NCBI GenBank assembly: GCA_035414025.1
Contig: DAONXX010000003.1
Location: 1 to 59,653 of the forward strand
DNA: 59,653 nucleotides
Origin: Bacteroidales bacterium
Lineage (GTDB): Bacteria > Bacteroidota > Bacteroidia > Bacteroidales > VadinHA17
Direction of reading: 5' to 3'
In this document: piece by piece, positions 36,958-46,124 of the stretch
Layout: every line of letters starts with the position of its first letter
How positions within the stretch are numbered: position 1 is the first letter of the stretch
Notes under the pieces: model-generated
What the model was told of the DNA's origin: nothing
Seen by the model: only the letters and a program-made list of their open reading frames with translations
The model's database searches: none
Program-made: the position numbers and the translations under genes

Positions 36958-38097
36958 TTATTCCCTGATTAATCCTGTAGAAAGATCTCGATAGATTTTT
37001 GAATCCGTTATTGACCTTATTGTTTTATACAATTCAGGCAGAACAAGATGGTTTTCTGCCTCATTAATGATTTCCAGCAATAATCCCACCCCCGGTACAA
37101 TACTTTCGGTAAAAGTCGGCTTATGCTCATACAGGCCCCTGAAGCCAAAAGCACCAAGCGCCTGCATAAGACGGATCATGCAGAAGCCATTGTAATATTT
37201 TCTGAACATGTCAGGATCCCCTGCTGTAGATGAACAAAAATTCTTAATATAATACTGCAGGAATGACTCCCTTTCAGCTGTCTTCATCTGAATTTTAGCA
37301 TCGTACAATAATGAAGCCAGATCATACTGAGCCGCCCCCCTCCTTCCACCCTGATAATCAATAAACCAGGGTTCTCCATTAACTACCATTATATTAGCAG
37401 TCTGGAAATCACGATACAGGAAAAAATTTTGTTCCGGAACAAGAAGGTAATCAGCAAGGGAGATGAAGTCCTGTTCAAGAAGCTGCTCGTTGAAAGGAAC
37501 TGCTAATAACTTAAGAAACAAATACTTAAAATAATTCATGTCCCAAACCATCGACTGCCTGTCAAAGCTCTTGTGAGGATAACACAATTCCAGATCCAGA
37601 CCTTTAATTCCTCTTGTCTGGAACAGAAGAAGAGAATCCAACACTTTATGATACAAATGTTTTGTTTCCTCATCAAATAGTTCCCTGGTCTGCTTACTTT
37701 TAAGCCAGGTATAAAGATTTATATCCCCGAGATCCTGCTGAAAATAAATGTTTTCATCACGGAGATATCCAAAAACTTCAGGTACTTTCAATCCAGCCAT
37801 CCTGAAATGCCTTGTAAAACCAACAAAGGCATCATTCTCTTCACGGACAGGATTATAGGTACCAATAACACTATCTTTAGCTGACTTTATCCTGAAATAC
37901 TGCCTATCGGATCCGGACCTGGGCAATAAAGCAATTTCAACATCGGTATTTCCAAAAAACTTATAATAACATTTCTTTATGAGACCTTGCACATCTATCA
38001 TTTTCATGAAATATATGTGTAAAAATAACAATTTAACCAGTCTGCAGGTCAGCCGGAAAAAATTCTTACTTTTAAACCCGAATTGCAAATCATTCAT
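36958..38097 (-). CDS. amgK: Aminoglycoside-phosphotransferase-fold sugar kinase (AmgK-like anomeric MurNAc/GlcNAc kinase)
   Basis: Catalytic-loop-like YRDFQTANIM and IDYQG motifs. The likely true start is the ATG at 38007 (MKMIDVQ...); the upstream extension overlaps the divergent GH3 ORF. Confidence 0.6.
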   Translation of the reverse strand: MNDLQFGFKSKNFFRLTCRLVKLLFLHIYFMKMIDVQGLIKKCYYKFFGNTDVEIALLPRSGSDRQYFRIKSAKDSVIGTYNPVREENDAFVGFTRHFRMAGLKVPEVFGYLRDENIYFQQDLGDINLYTWLKSKQTRELFDEETKHLYHKVLDSLLLFQTRGIKGLDLELCYPHKSFDRQSMVWDMNYFKYLFLKLLAVPFNEQLLEQDFISLADYLLVPEQNFFLYRDFQTANIMVVNGEPWFIDYQGGRRGAAQYDLASLLYDAKIQMKTAERESFLQYYIKNFCSSTAGDPDMFRKYYNGFCMIRLMQALGAFGFRGLYEHKPTFTESIVPGVGLLLEIINEAENHLVLPELYKTIRSITDSKIYRDLSTGLIRE

Positions 38098-41049
38098 GTA
38101 ATGTTTTCAAGAAAACCAGTTACTTTACTTCTTTATCTTACAATATGCCAGTTTGTGGCAAATTCCCAAACAATTGATCCTCCTTTTCTTAAGTATCTCC
38201 ATCATCCCTGGGTTGATTCTGTAATCAACACTCTTACAACCGATCAGAAAATTGCCCAGTCAATATGGATAGCTGCATGGTCAAACAAGGATTCTTCACA
38301 TATTAACTCAGTATCTGAAACAATCAATAAATATGGGATCGGGGGGCTTATTTTCTTTCAGGGAAGTCCTGAAAAACAGGCACTCCTTATTAATCATTAT
38401 CAAAAAATCTCGAAAGTGCCTCTGATAACTGCTATGGATGCAGAATGGGGTGTTGGAATGAGACTTGATAAAGCAGAGAAGTTTCCATTTCAGCTCACAC
38501 TTGGTGCAATCAGGAACGATTCCCTCATTTACCAGTTCGGCGAAAAAGTAGCGGAACAATGCAGACGAACCGGCATAAACATCAACCTTGCTCCTGTAGC
38601 TGACATAAACAACAATCCTGATAATCCTGTTATCAATTACCGGTCATTTGGGGAAAACAGGGAAAATGTTGCTTCCAAGGCTGTCATTTACATGAAAGCT
38701 CTCCAGGATAATGGCATAATGGCTACAGTGAAGCATTTTCCGGGTCACGGAGATACAGATGTAGATTCACATTCCGATCTGCCTGTAATAAAACAATCAA
38801 GGGAACGACTCGATACTCTTGAATTATATCCATTCAGAAAACTTATAGATGAAGGGGCAGGGATAATAATGACGGCCCATCTTAACCTTCCATCACTCGA
38901 TAGCACTGTAAACATGCCTGCTTCCCTTTCACAGCTGATAATTAAGAACATACTTAAAGATCAGCTTGGATTCCGGGGTCTGGTAATGACGGATGCAATG
39001 AACATGCAGGGTGTAACAAGGTATTTCAAACCCGGAGAAGCTGAAGCACTGGCATTCAGGGCTGGCAATGATATAATCGAATATGTATCTGATATTGAAG
39101 CCACACTGTCAGAAATTAATAATGACCTGAAACTAAAAAGGATCTCAGGGGAAGAAATAGATCAGAAATGCCGGAAGATACTGGCTTTAAAATACTGGGC
39201 CCGGCTCAATAATCCTCAGATCATTGATACAGCAAATATCACAGAAGAGATTAATTCAGGGAAGATAAGAGCACTCATACATGATCTCTATGCAAGTTCT
39301 TTTACACTTCTAAGGAATGAACAAAATATTATTCCTGTAAAAAACCTCGGGGACATTAAAATAGCGACTGTTGCCGTGAATAAGGTTCAAGCCACTGTAT
39401 TTCAAAATAGGATCTCAAAATACAAGAACTCAGATAATTATTTCATTGATCCGCAGAAAAAGAATGAGATTAATGAGCTGATTAACAGACTGGCAGATTA
39501 CGACCTTGTTATAACAGGCATTTATGGAACCGATCAGAGGCCCGGTAGAAATTTTGGCCTTACTCCGGAGCTTGAAAACCTGCTGGAGAATCTTGTTATG
39601 AAAACCAATTGCGTTATTACCTGGTTCGGTAATCCCTACGCGCTGAACAAACTTGAATGCCTTAAGAATGCCGGTGGACTTATTCTCACTTACCAGGAGA
39701 ATAAATATACTGAAGATCTTGCAGCTCAGCTGATATTTGGAGCGATTGGTGCCAAAGGGTCACTACCGGTTACAATTAATGAGACCTGGCCTTATGACTA
39801 CGGTCTGATTACACCTGGTAACATAAGATTGCAATATGGCTTGCCTGAGAATGCCGGTTTGTCATCTGATTTTCTAAACGAAAAGATTGATTCTATAATA
39901 AATATAGGATTGAATTCAAAAGCTTTCCCGGGATGTGAAGTGATGGCTTCAAGAAAGGGTATTGTTATTTTGCACCATACATATGGATTCCATACCTATG
40001 ACAGTACAATAAGTGTAAGTGAAAATGACCTTTATGATCTGGCTTCATTAACAAAGATAGCTGCCACTACGGGTGGACTGATGTTGCTGAACAGCGAAGG
40101 CATTTTTAACCCGGAAGGTACTTTGGAACAATATCTGCCTTACTTTAGAAATTCAGATAAAGCTAAGCTTAAAATGACAGAGATCCTTGCTCATCAGGCA
40201 GGATTGGCAGCCTGGATACCCTTCTGGCAGGCTACAATAAAAAAAAACGGAAAATATAAAAAGCGCCTGTACAGCACTTCGTTTTCGGAGAAATATCCCC
40301 TTAAAGTTGCTTCTGACATCTATATCAGGAAGGGTTATAGCAAGAAGGTAATCAAGACCATAAAAAACTCTTCACTCGGGGAAAATAAGTACCTCTACTC
40401 TGATCTCGGGTTTATTCTCTCTCCCTGCATAATTGAAACTCTTTGCGGTGAGAAATGGTACGATTATATAACAAATAACATATACAGAAAATTGGGCGCT
40501 GACGATATATGCTTTAATCCATATCTTAAATACCCTCCTGACAGAATAATCCCCACGGAATACGATTCTATTTTCCGCAGACAGTTATTGCATGGAACAG
40601 TGCATGACGAAGGCGCTGCTCTGCTTGGAGGAATTTCGGGTCATGCAGGACTTTTTGCAACCGGAAACGATCTGATGAAGTTAATTGAGATGTACAGGAG
40701 AATGGGATCCTATGGCGGAGAACAAATTATCGATCAGGATGTGATAAGGAAGTATACAAGTGTTCAGTTCCCTGAAAATGGCAACAGAAGAGGTCTCGGT
40801 TTTGATAAACCCCTGCTTAATAATCATAAGATTCTGCCTGAGAACAGTAATACTGCCATAAGTGCATCAATGTCAAGCTTTGGCCATACAGGATACACAG
40901 GAACTTATGTATGGGTAGATCCTGAATTTGAACTAAGTTATATCTTTCTGAGTAACAGGGTAAATCCGACAAGGAACAATAATCTTATAACAGAATTGAA
41001 TATCCGTACGAATATTCTTCAGGTTTTATATGATTCGCTTGAGAAATAA
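38083..41049 (+). CDS. Fusion protein: GH3 beta-N-acetylhexosaminidase (NagZ-like) plus beta-lactamase-fold serine hydrolase
   Basis: 988-aa ORF. GH3 motif KHFPGHGDTDVDSH in the N-terminal half. The C-terminal half has SxxK (ASLTK), YSD and HTG boxes of the penicillin-binding/beta-lactamase fold. The signal peptide starts at the ATG at 38101 (MFSRKPVTLLLYL...). Confidence 0.8.
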   Translation: MQIIHVMFSRKPVTLLLYLTICQFVANSQTIDPPFLKYLHHPWVDSVINTLTTDQKIAQSIWIAAWSNKDSSHINSVSETINKYGIGGLIFFQGSPEKQALLINHYQKISKVPLITAMDAEWGVGMRLDKAEKFPFQLTLGAIRNDSLIYQFGEKVAEQCRRTGININLAPVADINNNPDNPVINYRSFGENRENVASKAVIYMKALQDNGIMATVKHFPGHGDTDVDSHSDLPVIKQSRERLDTLELYPFRKLIDEGAGIIMTAHLNLPSLDSTVNMPASLSQLIIKNILKDQLGFRGLVMTDAMNMQGVTRYFKPGEAEALAFRAGNDIIEYVSDIEATLSEINNDLKLKRISGEEIDQKCRKILALKYWARLNNPQIIDTANITEEINSGKIRALIHDLYASSFTLLRNEQNIIPVKNLGDIKIATVAVNKVQATVFQNRISKYKNSDNYFIDPQKKNEINELINRLADYDLVITGIYGTDQRPGRNFGLTPELENLLENLVMKTNCVITWFGNPYALNKLECLKNAGGLILTYQENKYTEDLAAQLIFGAIGAKGSLPVTINETWPYDYGLITPGNIRLQYGLPENAGLSSDFLNEKIDSIINIGLNSKAFPGCEVMASRKGIVILHHTYGFHTYDSTISVSENDLYDLASLTKIAATTGGLMLLNSEGIFNPEGTLEQYLPYFRNSDKAKLKMTEILAHQAGLAAWIPFWQATIKKNGKYKKRLYSTSFSEKYPLKVASDIYIRKGYSKKVIKTIKNSSLGENKYLYSDLGFILSPCIIETLCGEKWYDYITNNIYRKLGADDICFNPYLKYPPDRIIPTEYDSIFRRQLLHGTVHDEGAALLGGISGHAGLFATGNDLMKLIEMYRRMGSYGGEQIIDQDVIRKYTSVQFPENGNRRGLGFDKPLLNNHKILPENSNTAISASMSSFGHTGYTGTYVWVDPEFELSYIFLSNRVNPTRNNNLITELNIRTNILQVLYDSLEK

Positions 41050-41063
41050 GTCTCAGTCTCTGT

Positions 41064-42800
41064 TTATAAACGCCCTTTTTTACGATATTTTTTCGACATC
41101 CTGTCCTCCGGATACTTCACAGAGAAATCTGCCCAGTATTCAGCAATAGAACTCTTTATTTCCTTACGTAGTATCCAGAGGCCTATGAGGTTTGGCACAG
41201 TCATGAATGCAATAGTGATATATGAAAGCGACCATACTATTGTGGTATCAGTAAATGACGCAATGAAGAATGCTGCAACATAAACCACCCTGTAGTAGAT
41301 CACATATTTCGGACCGACAAGGTATGTCAGCGCACGGTCACCATAATAGGCCCATGAGATGGCTGTTGAGAAAGCAAAAAGAAGTATGCCGATTGAGACT
41401 ATATATCTACCCATTTTCCCCAGAATACTTCTTTCAAAAGCTATAGTTGTCAGAGGAGCACTGTGCATCAATGATTTTCCAACCACATTTAAAGAAGCTG
41501 ACTGAGGTTGCCATTTTCCTTCAATGACATCAATTTTGCCGGAAAAAAGATCCCTGTTATCATAAAATGCAAAATCTTCGGCGATTGATCTTGAACAGAC
41601 CAGGGAGACCGGTGTCATCATCTTGCCATGTTCAATTTCCAGCTGCCCGCTGAATAATGGCAATGCCTTTCCGTTCCTGATAAAATCCACTACCATTTGT
41701 TTTTGATCCGGAATATTTTCATCATATACCTGATCGAGAAAAATCATATCCGCACTCTGGAACTTATTCTCTATTTTTTCAGTCCAGACACCAGATGCAA
41801 GAATTGTCAATCCGGTCAGCATACAGATAATTATCGTGTCAATAAAAGGTTCAAGTATGGCAACCATTCCTTCCGAGACAGGTTCAGACGCCCTTGCAGA
41901 CGAATGAGCTATCGGGGCAGATCCCTGTCCGGATTCATTTGAAAAGAGCCCCCTGCTAACACCCCTGTTAATTGCAAAAGCAACAGAGGCTCCCATAAAA
42001 CCTCCAACAGCTGCTGTTCCTGTAAAAACAGTTGATACAATTGAGATAAGGGATGGGATGATGTTTTCATAATTGGTGATTATCACGAATATAGCCCCAA
42101 AGAAGTAAAAAATTGCCATTCCCGGAATCAGCTTTTCCGTGACCTTGGCGATACGCTTTATACCCCCGATGATTATCAGAGCAAGAAGTACTGAGAGAAT
42201 AGCTCCGGTAATAACATGTCTGACACCGAATGTTGTAAAAATAGAATTCGAAATACTGTTTATCTGAGGCAAACTACCTGTACCAAAAGATGAAAGAACT
42301 GTTGCTGCAGCAAAAAAAGCACCAATGACTGCTCCTGTCTTTATGACCTTTCCACTCTTTGTAGTAATGTTCAATCTCTTTTTCATGTAATACATAGGGC
42401 CTCCGGAAACGCTTCCGTCAGGCAAAATATCACGGTATTTATGAGAAATAGCTACCTCTACAAGCTTAGTACACATACCTATGGCTGCTGTCATTAGCAT
42501 CCAGAAAAGTGCAGCCGGACCTCCAAGATGGATGGCCAGAGCAACTCCTGCAATATTTCCCGTGCCTACAGTTCCCGATAATGCAGTAGCCAGAGCCTGA
42601 AAATGCGAAGTATCACCAACATCAAGATGGTGATCATACTTACCCCTAACAACATCAATTGCATGCCTGAAATACCTGAATTGGGGAAAACGCAAATAAA
42701 ATGTGAAAAAGATTCCGGTCCCAAGAAGGAGTATCACGAACCATGGATGCCCTGCAATATAACCATCGAGCATCACAAGAAAATCATTTATCTTTTGCAT
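41064..42800 (-). CDS. Alanine/glycine:cation symporter (AGCS) family transporter with an extra ~100-aa soluble insert
   Basis: 578-aa ORF with the AGCS signature FQALATALSGTVGTGNIAGVA and LFAFSTAISWAYYG. An extra non-hydrophobic segment spans aa ~340-445. Confidence 0.85.
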   Translation of the reverse strand: MQKINDFLVMLDGYIAGHPWFVILLLGTGIFFTFYLRFPQFRYFRHAIDVVRGKYDHHLDVGDTSHFQALATALSGTVGTGNIAGVALAIHLGGPAALFWMLMTAAIGMCTKLVEVAISHKYRDILPDGSVSGGPMYYMKKRLNITTKSGKVIKTGAVIGAFFAAATVLSSFGTGSLPQINSISNSIFTTFGVRHVITGAILSVLLALIIIGGIKRIAKVTEKLIPGMAIFYFFGAIFVIITNYENIIPSLISIVSTVFTGTAAVGGFMGASVAFAINRGVSRGLFSNESGQGSAPIAHSSARASEPVSEGMVAILEPFIDTIIICMLTGLTILASGVWTEKIENKFQSADMIFLDQVYDENIPDQKQMVVDFIRNGKALPLFSGQLEIEHGKMMTPVSLVCSRSIAEDFAFYDNRDLFSGKIDVIEGKWQPQSASLNVVGKSLMHSAPLTTIAFERSILGKMGRYIVSIGILLFAFSTAISWAYYGDRALTYLVGPKYVIYYRVVYVAAFFIASFTDTTIVWSLSYITIAFMTVPNLIGLWILRKEIKSSIAEYWADFSVKYPEDRMSKKYRKKGRL

Positions 42801-42835
42801 AAGGAGATTTTTCAGGGTGATTATTACGCCTAAGG

Positions 42836-42843
42836 CAAATGTA
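42836..42843 (-). promoter_or_regulatory. Bacteroidota-type -7 promoter box (TACATTTG) upstream of the AGCS gene
   Basis: Exact TAnnTTTG match on the minus strand, ~35 nt upstream of the ATG at 42800. Confidence 0.4.
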
Positions 42844-42976
42844 ATGATTTCCCAAAAAGGTCAAAATCTGATTCGGAATAAATGTCATTAACAGGAATTT
42901 ACCGGTGTAGTAGCAAGAGAGTATAGATATTTGGATTTCAGATTAAATTTCTCCTCCCCTCTATCTGCCTTTGTAG

Positions 42977-43060
42977 TGCCCAGAACAAGACTCGAACTTG
43001 CACACCGTTGCCGGCACCAGCCCCTCAAGCTGGCGTGTCTACCAATTTCACCATCTGGGC
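42977..43060 (-). tRNA. tRNA-Leu (anticodon GAG)
   Basis: 84-nt cloverleaf folded by hand. Acceptor GCCCAGA/TCTGGGC plus discriminator A, anticodon stem CCAGC/GCTGG with loop TTGAGGG, a 15-nt variable arm, T-loop TTCGAGT. No encoded CCA. Confidence 0.9.
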
Positions 43061-43189
43061 GAATAAAGAGTTAACGGCATAAAGACTCAACTCAATGGCC
43101 GTAAACTATAATATTCAGCTATGAAAAGAACTTACCTTATTTTGCCAAAAATTACTACACTGCGCCTTTGGCCCTTTGCGCATTAATCG

Positions 43190-43273
43190 TGCCCAGAACA
43201 GGACTCGAACCTGCACATCATTGCTGACACTAGTCCCTGAAACTAGCGCGTCTACCAATTTCGCCATCTGGGC
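43190..43273 (-). tRNA. tRNA-Leu (anticodon CAG)
   Basis: 84-nt cloverleaf. Same acceptor stem and D-loop as the neighbour, anticodon stem CTAGT/ACTAG with loop TTCAGGG, long variable arm, T-loop TTCGAGT. Confidence 0.9.
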
Positions 43274-43333
43274 ATATAACTCAGAGCTCAGGGAAAAAAT
43301 TCTGCTATATGCTCTGCGCTCTTTATGCGGGAA

Positions 43334-43341
43334 CAAAAATA
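43334..43341 (-). promoter_or_regulatory. Bacteroidota-type -7 promoter box (TATTTTTG) upstream of the tRNA-Leu pair
   Basis: Exact TAnnTTTG match on the minus strand, ~60 nt upstream of the tRNA-Leu(CAG) 5' end. Confidence 0.4.
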
Positions 43342-43384
43342 ACAAAAAAATAATAAACAAATAATCGGGTATTACATAAAAGTA

Positions 43385-43392
43385 TATTTTTG
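43385..43392 (+). promoter_or_regulatory. Bacteroidota-type -7 promoter box (TATTTTTG) upstream of lysC
   Basis: Exact TAnnTTTG match ~155 nt upstream of the lysC ATG, which implies a long leader. Confidence 0.35.
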
Positions 43393-43548
43393 CAGACTGA
43401 TTGAAAGAATATGTATATAGAATCCCCGGTTCAATATTGTCAGGACCTCCTGCCAGTGAGGTCTGGGCATCAGCCAGATCTTTGATTATGTAACAATTAA
43501 GTAAGCAACCTGTGTAAAATGCAGTTTTTTTATTAACTTAATAAGAAA

Positions 43549-44886
43549 ATGAACTTCGTAAAAATCATGAAATTTGGCGGGACTTCAGTAGGTAGTCCCG
43601 AGAGGATGAAAGCCTTGATCCCTTTGATCACAGACGATGAAAGGAAAGTGGTAGTGCTTTCGGCAATGTCAGGAACTACAAATAGCCTTATTGAAATATC
43701 AGATCTTCTGTATTCAGGAAATACGGCAGGGGCTCTGAATAAAATTGAAGCCCTCAGTGAAAAATACCATAAAATTGTAACCCAGGTATATGAGACTGAA
43801 GCTTACAAAAAAAGCGGTATTGAATTGATAGACTCACATATGAAAGTTCTGACAAATATTGCTTCCAAATCCTTTACTAAACAGCTTGAGAAAACAGTTA
43901 TTGCAGAAGGAGAACTAATGTCAACTGCACTTGTACATTTAATGCTACAAGAAAAAAACATAAAATCATGCCTGCTGCCTGCTCTGCATTACATGAGAAT
44001 TGACAAGGACGGTGAACCCGATTATTTCTACATTGAAGAAAACCTGAAAAGAGAACTCCGGAAATGTAACTCAAAAAGCATAATAATCACCCAGGGATTC
44101 ATCTGCCGCAATGCATATGGAGAAATTGATAACCTGAAGCGCGGTGGAAGTGATTACACAGCGTCAATTATCGGAGCAATACTGAAAGTTAAAGAGATAC
44201 AGATCTGGACAGATATAAACGGTTTTCACAATAATGATCCCCGCTACGTTGAAAATACTCGTGTGATACGGGAACTTTCTTTTGATGAAGCAGCAGAACT
44301 CGCATATTTCGGCGCCAAGATATTACATCCGGCTAGCGTAATTCCGGCGAAAATAAACAAAATCCCCGTTCGGCTAAAGAATACATTGGAGCCTGAAGAT
44401 GAGGGAACAGTTATAACTTCAAGCAGTAAGCCTACAGACTATAAGGCTGTTGCAGCAAAAGACGGAATATCAGTTATCAGGATCAGATCCTACAGGATGC
44501 TCATGGCTTATGGTTTCCTCAGAAAAGTGTTCGAGATCTTCGAGAACTACAAAACGCCCATTGATATGATCACCACATCCGAAGTATCGGTATCTCTTAC
44601 AATTGATAATTCGCAATACCTTGATCAGATCGTAAAAGAACTGAAAGAACTCGGAACTGTTGAAATAGAAACAAACCAGAGTATTATCTGTGTTGTAGGT
44701 GATTTCCGGACTGAACGCCAGGGCTCTGCTCCTGAGATATTCAGAGCACTTAACTCGATCACGCTTAAAATGATCTCATACGGCGGAAGCAATAATAGCC
44801 TCTCATTGCTTATTGATACAAAAGATAAAATCAAGGCGCTTAAATTGCTCAGCAGAAATTTATTTCCCAAAAAAAATGATAAGTAA
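43549..44886 (+). CDS. lysC: Aspartate kinase
   Basis: 445-aa ORF containing KFGGTSVG...VVLSAMSGTTN and C-terminal ACT-type repeats. Confidence 0.9.
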   Translation: MNFVKIMKFGGTSVGSPERMKALIPLITDDERKVVVLSAMSGTTNSLIEISDLLYSGNTAGALNKIEALSEKYHKIVTQVYETEAYKKSGIELIDSHMKVLTNIASKSFTKQLEKTVIAEGELMSTALVHLMLQEKNIKSCLLPALHYMRIDKDGEPDYFYIEENLKRELRKCNSKSIIITQGFICRNAYGEIDNLKRGGSDYTASIIGAILKVKEIQIWTDINGFHNNDPRYVENTRVIRELSFDEAAELAYFGAKILHPASVIPAKINKIPVRLKNTLEPEDEGTVITSSSKPTDYKAVAAKDGISVIRIRSYRMLMAYGFLRKVFEIFENYKTPIDMITTSEVSVSLTIDNSQYLDQIVKELKELGTVEIETNQSIICVVGDFRTERQGSAPEIFRALNSITLKMISYGGSNNSLSLLIDTKDKIKALKLLSRNLFPKKNDK

Positions 44887-46024
44887 AGAAACTATTAGAA
44901 AATTCAGGGATCTGCCCACACCCTTTTATTATTATGATCTTAACGTCCTTGATTCTACTATCGGGATACTTAAAAAGGAATCTCAAAGTCTGGGAATAAA
45001 AATACATTACGCAGTTAAGGCAAATCCAAATCCACGTATACTAAAAAGAATCTGTTCACACGGCCTTGGTGCTGACTGTGTAAGCTGGAATGAAATTGCT
45101 GCTGCCATTGAAGCTGGAATCAAGCCTTCGGATGTTGTTTTTGCAGGTGTCGGAAAAAGCGATAAGGAAATAGAGTCTGCAATAAGAGCTGACATTTTCT
45201 GCTTCAACTGTGAATCGCTGTCCGAGCTTGAGGTAATAAATCAGTTTGCAGCCAGACAGAATAAAATTGTCAATATTGCTTTAAGGATCAATCCATTGAT
45301 CGAGGCTCACACACATAAATACATAACAACCGGAATAGAGGAGAGTAAATTCGGTATAAACACATGGGAACTGGAAGAGGTACTCAGCAAACTAAAGGAT
45401 TTCAAGAACCTGAAGCTTATCGGAATCCATTTTCATATAGGTTCCCAGATTACCAAAATGTCAGTCTTTCAGAGTCTTTTCGTCCGTATTAATGAGTTGC
45501 AGGATTGGTTTTCATCAAGGAATACCGAACTGAAAATAATAAATATTGGTGGCGGACTTGGGATTGACTACCAAAACCCTGATAATCAGCCAAAATTTGC
45601 TGAATATTTTACTCTTGTCAAGAAGCATATCAGGCTCAGGCCGGGTCAGGAGCTCCATTGCGAACCGGGAAGATCAGTAGTGGGACAGTGTGGTTCACTG
45701 ATCTCAAAAGTGCTGTTCATAAAGGCCGGAAGCAAAACTCTTTTCGCTGTTCTGGATGCAGGAATGACAGATCTCATAAGACCGGCTCTTTATCAGGCCT
45801 ACCATAAAATAGAAAATCTTACTTCAGAAGGTAAGATATTCAGATATGACGTTGTCGGTCCGATATGCGAATCGTCCGATACTTTCGGCAAAAATGTGGA
45901 GCTTCCCGAAACAAGAAGAGGCGATCTGATTGCAATTAGATCAGCCGGAGCATACGGTGAATCAATGGTTTCGAGATATAACCTGAGGGATCTGCCAGGA
46001 ACTGTATTCTCGGATGAAATATAG
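44876..46024 (+). CDS. lysA: Diaminopimelate decarboxylase
   Basis: The ORF-track ORF begins at 44813, but the conserved N-terminus (TPFYYYDL, HYAVKANPN with the PLP lysine) begins after the ATG at 44876. That ATG overlaps the lysC end by 11 nt. EPGRS and CESSD motifs are present. Confidence 0.88.
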   Translation: MISKETIRKFRDLPTPFYYYDLNVLDSTIGILKKESQSLGIKIHYAVKANPNPRILKRICSHGLGADCVSWNEIAAAIEAGIKPSDVVFAGVGKSDKEIESAIRADIFCFNCESLSELEVINQFAARQNKIVNIALRINPLIEAHTHKYITTGIEESKFGINTWELEEVLSKLKDFKNLKLIGIHFHIGSQITKMSVFQSLFVRINELQDWFSSRNTELKIINIGGGLGIDYQNPDNQPKFAEYFTLVKKHIRLRPGQELHCEPGRSVVGQCGSLISKVLFIKAGSKTLFAVLDAGMTDLIRPALYQAYHKIENLTSEGKIFRYDVVGPICESSDTFGKNVELPETRRGDLIAIRSAGAYGESMVSRYNLRDLPGTVFSDEI

Positions 46025-46124
46025 ACGAGGCAACATCTTTGAAACTGTTGCAACACAACTGAAATCCTGTTTAGGCAGGAATATTCAGGGAGATGCGTGT
46101 TATGGCATAACGAGTACTATCCTA

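Noticed and set aside
42801-42976. Possible glycine riboswitch upstream of the alanine/glycine symporter gene.
   Set aside because: The reverse-complement leader lacks the conserved GGAGAG...ACCGAAGGGGCAA-type blocks. A -7 box at 42836-42843 leaves only a ~35-nt UTR.
43115-43364. ORF-track ORFs of 81 aa (-) and 62 aa (+) between the AGCS gene and lysC.
   Set aside because: Both overlap the tRNA-Leu(CAG) gene at 43190-43273, and their sequences are simply translated tRNA. They are spurious.
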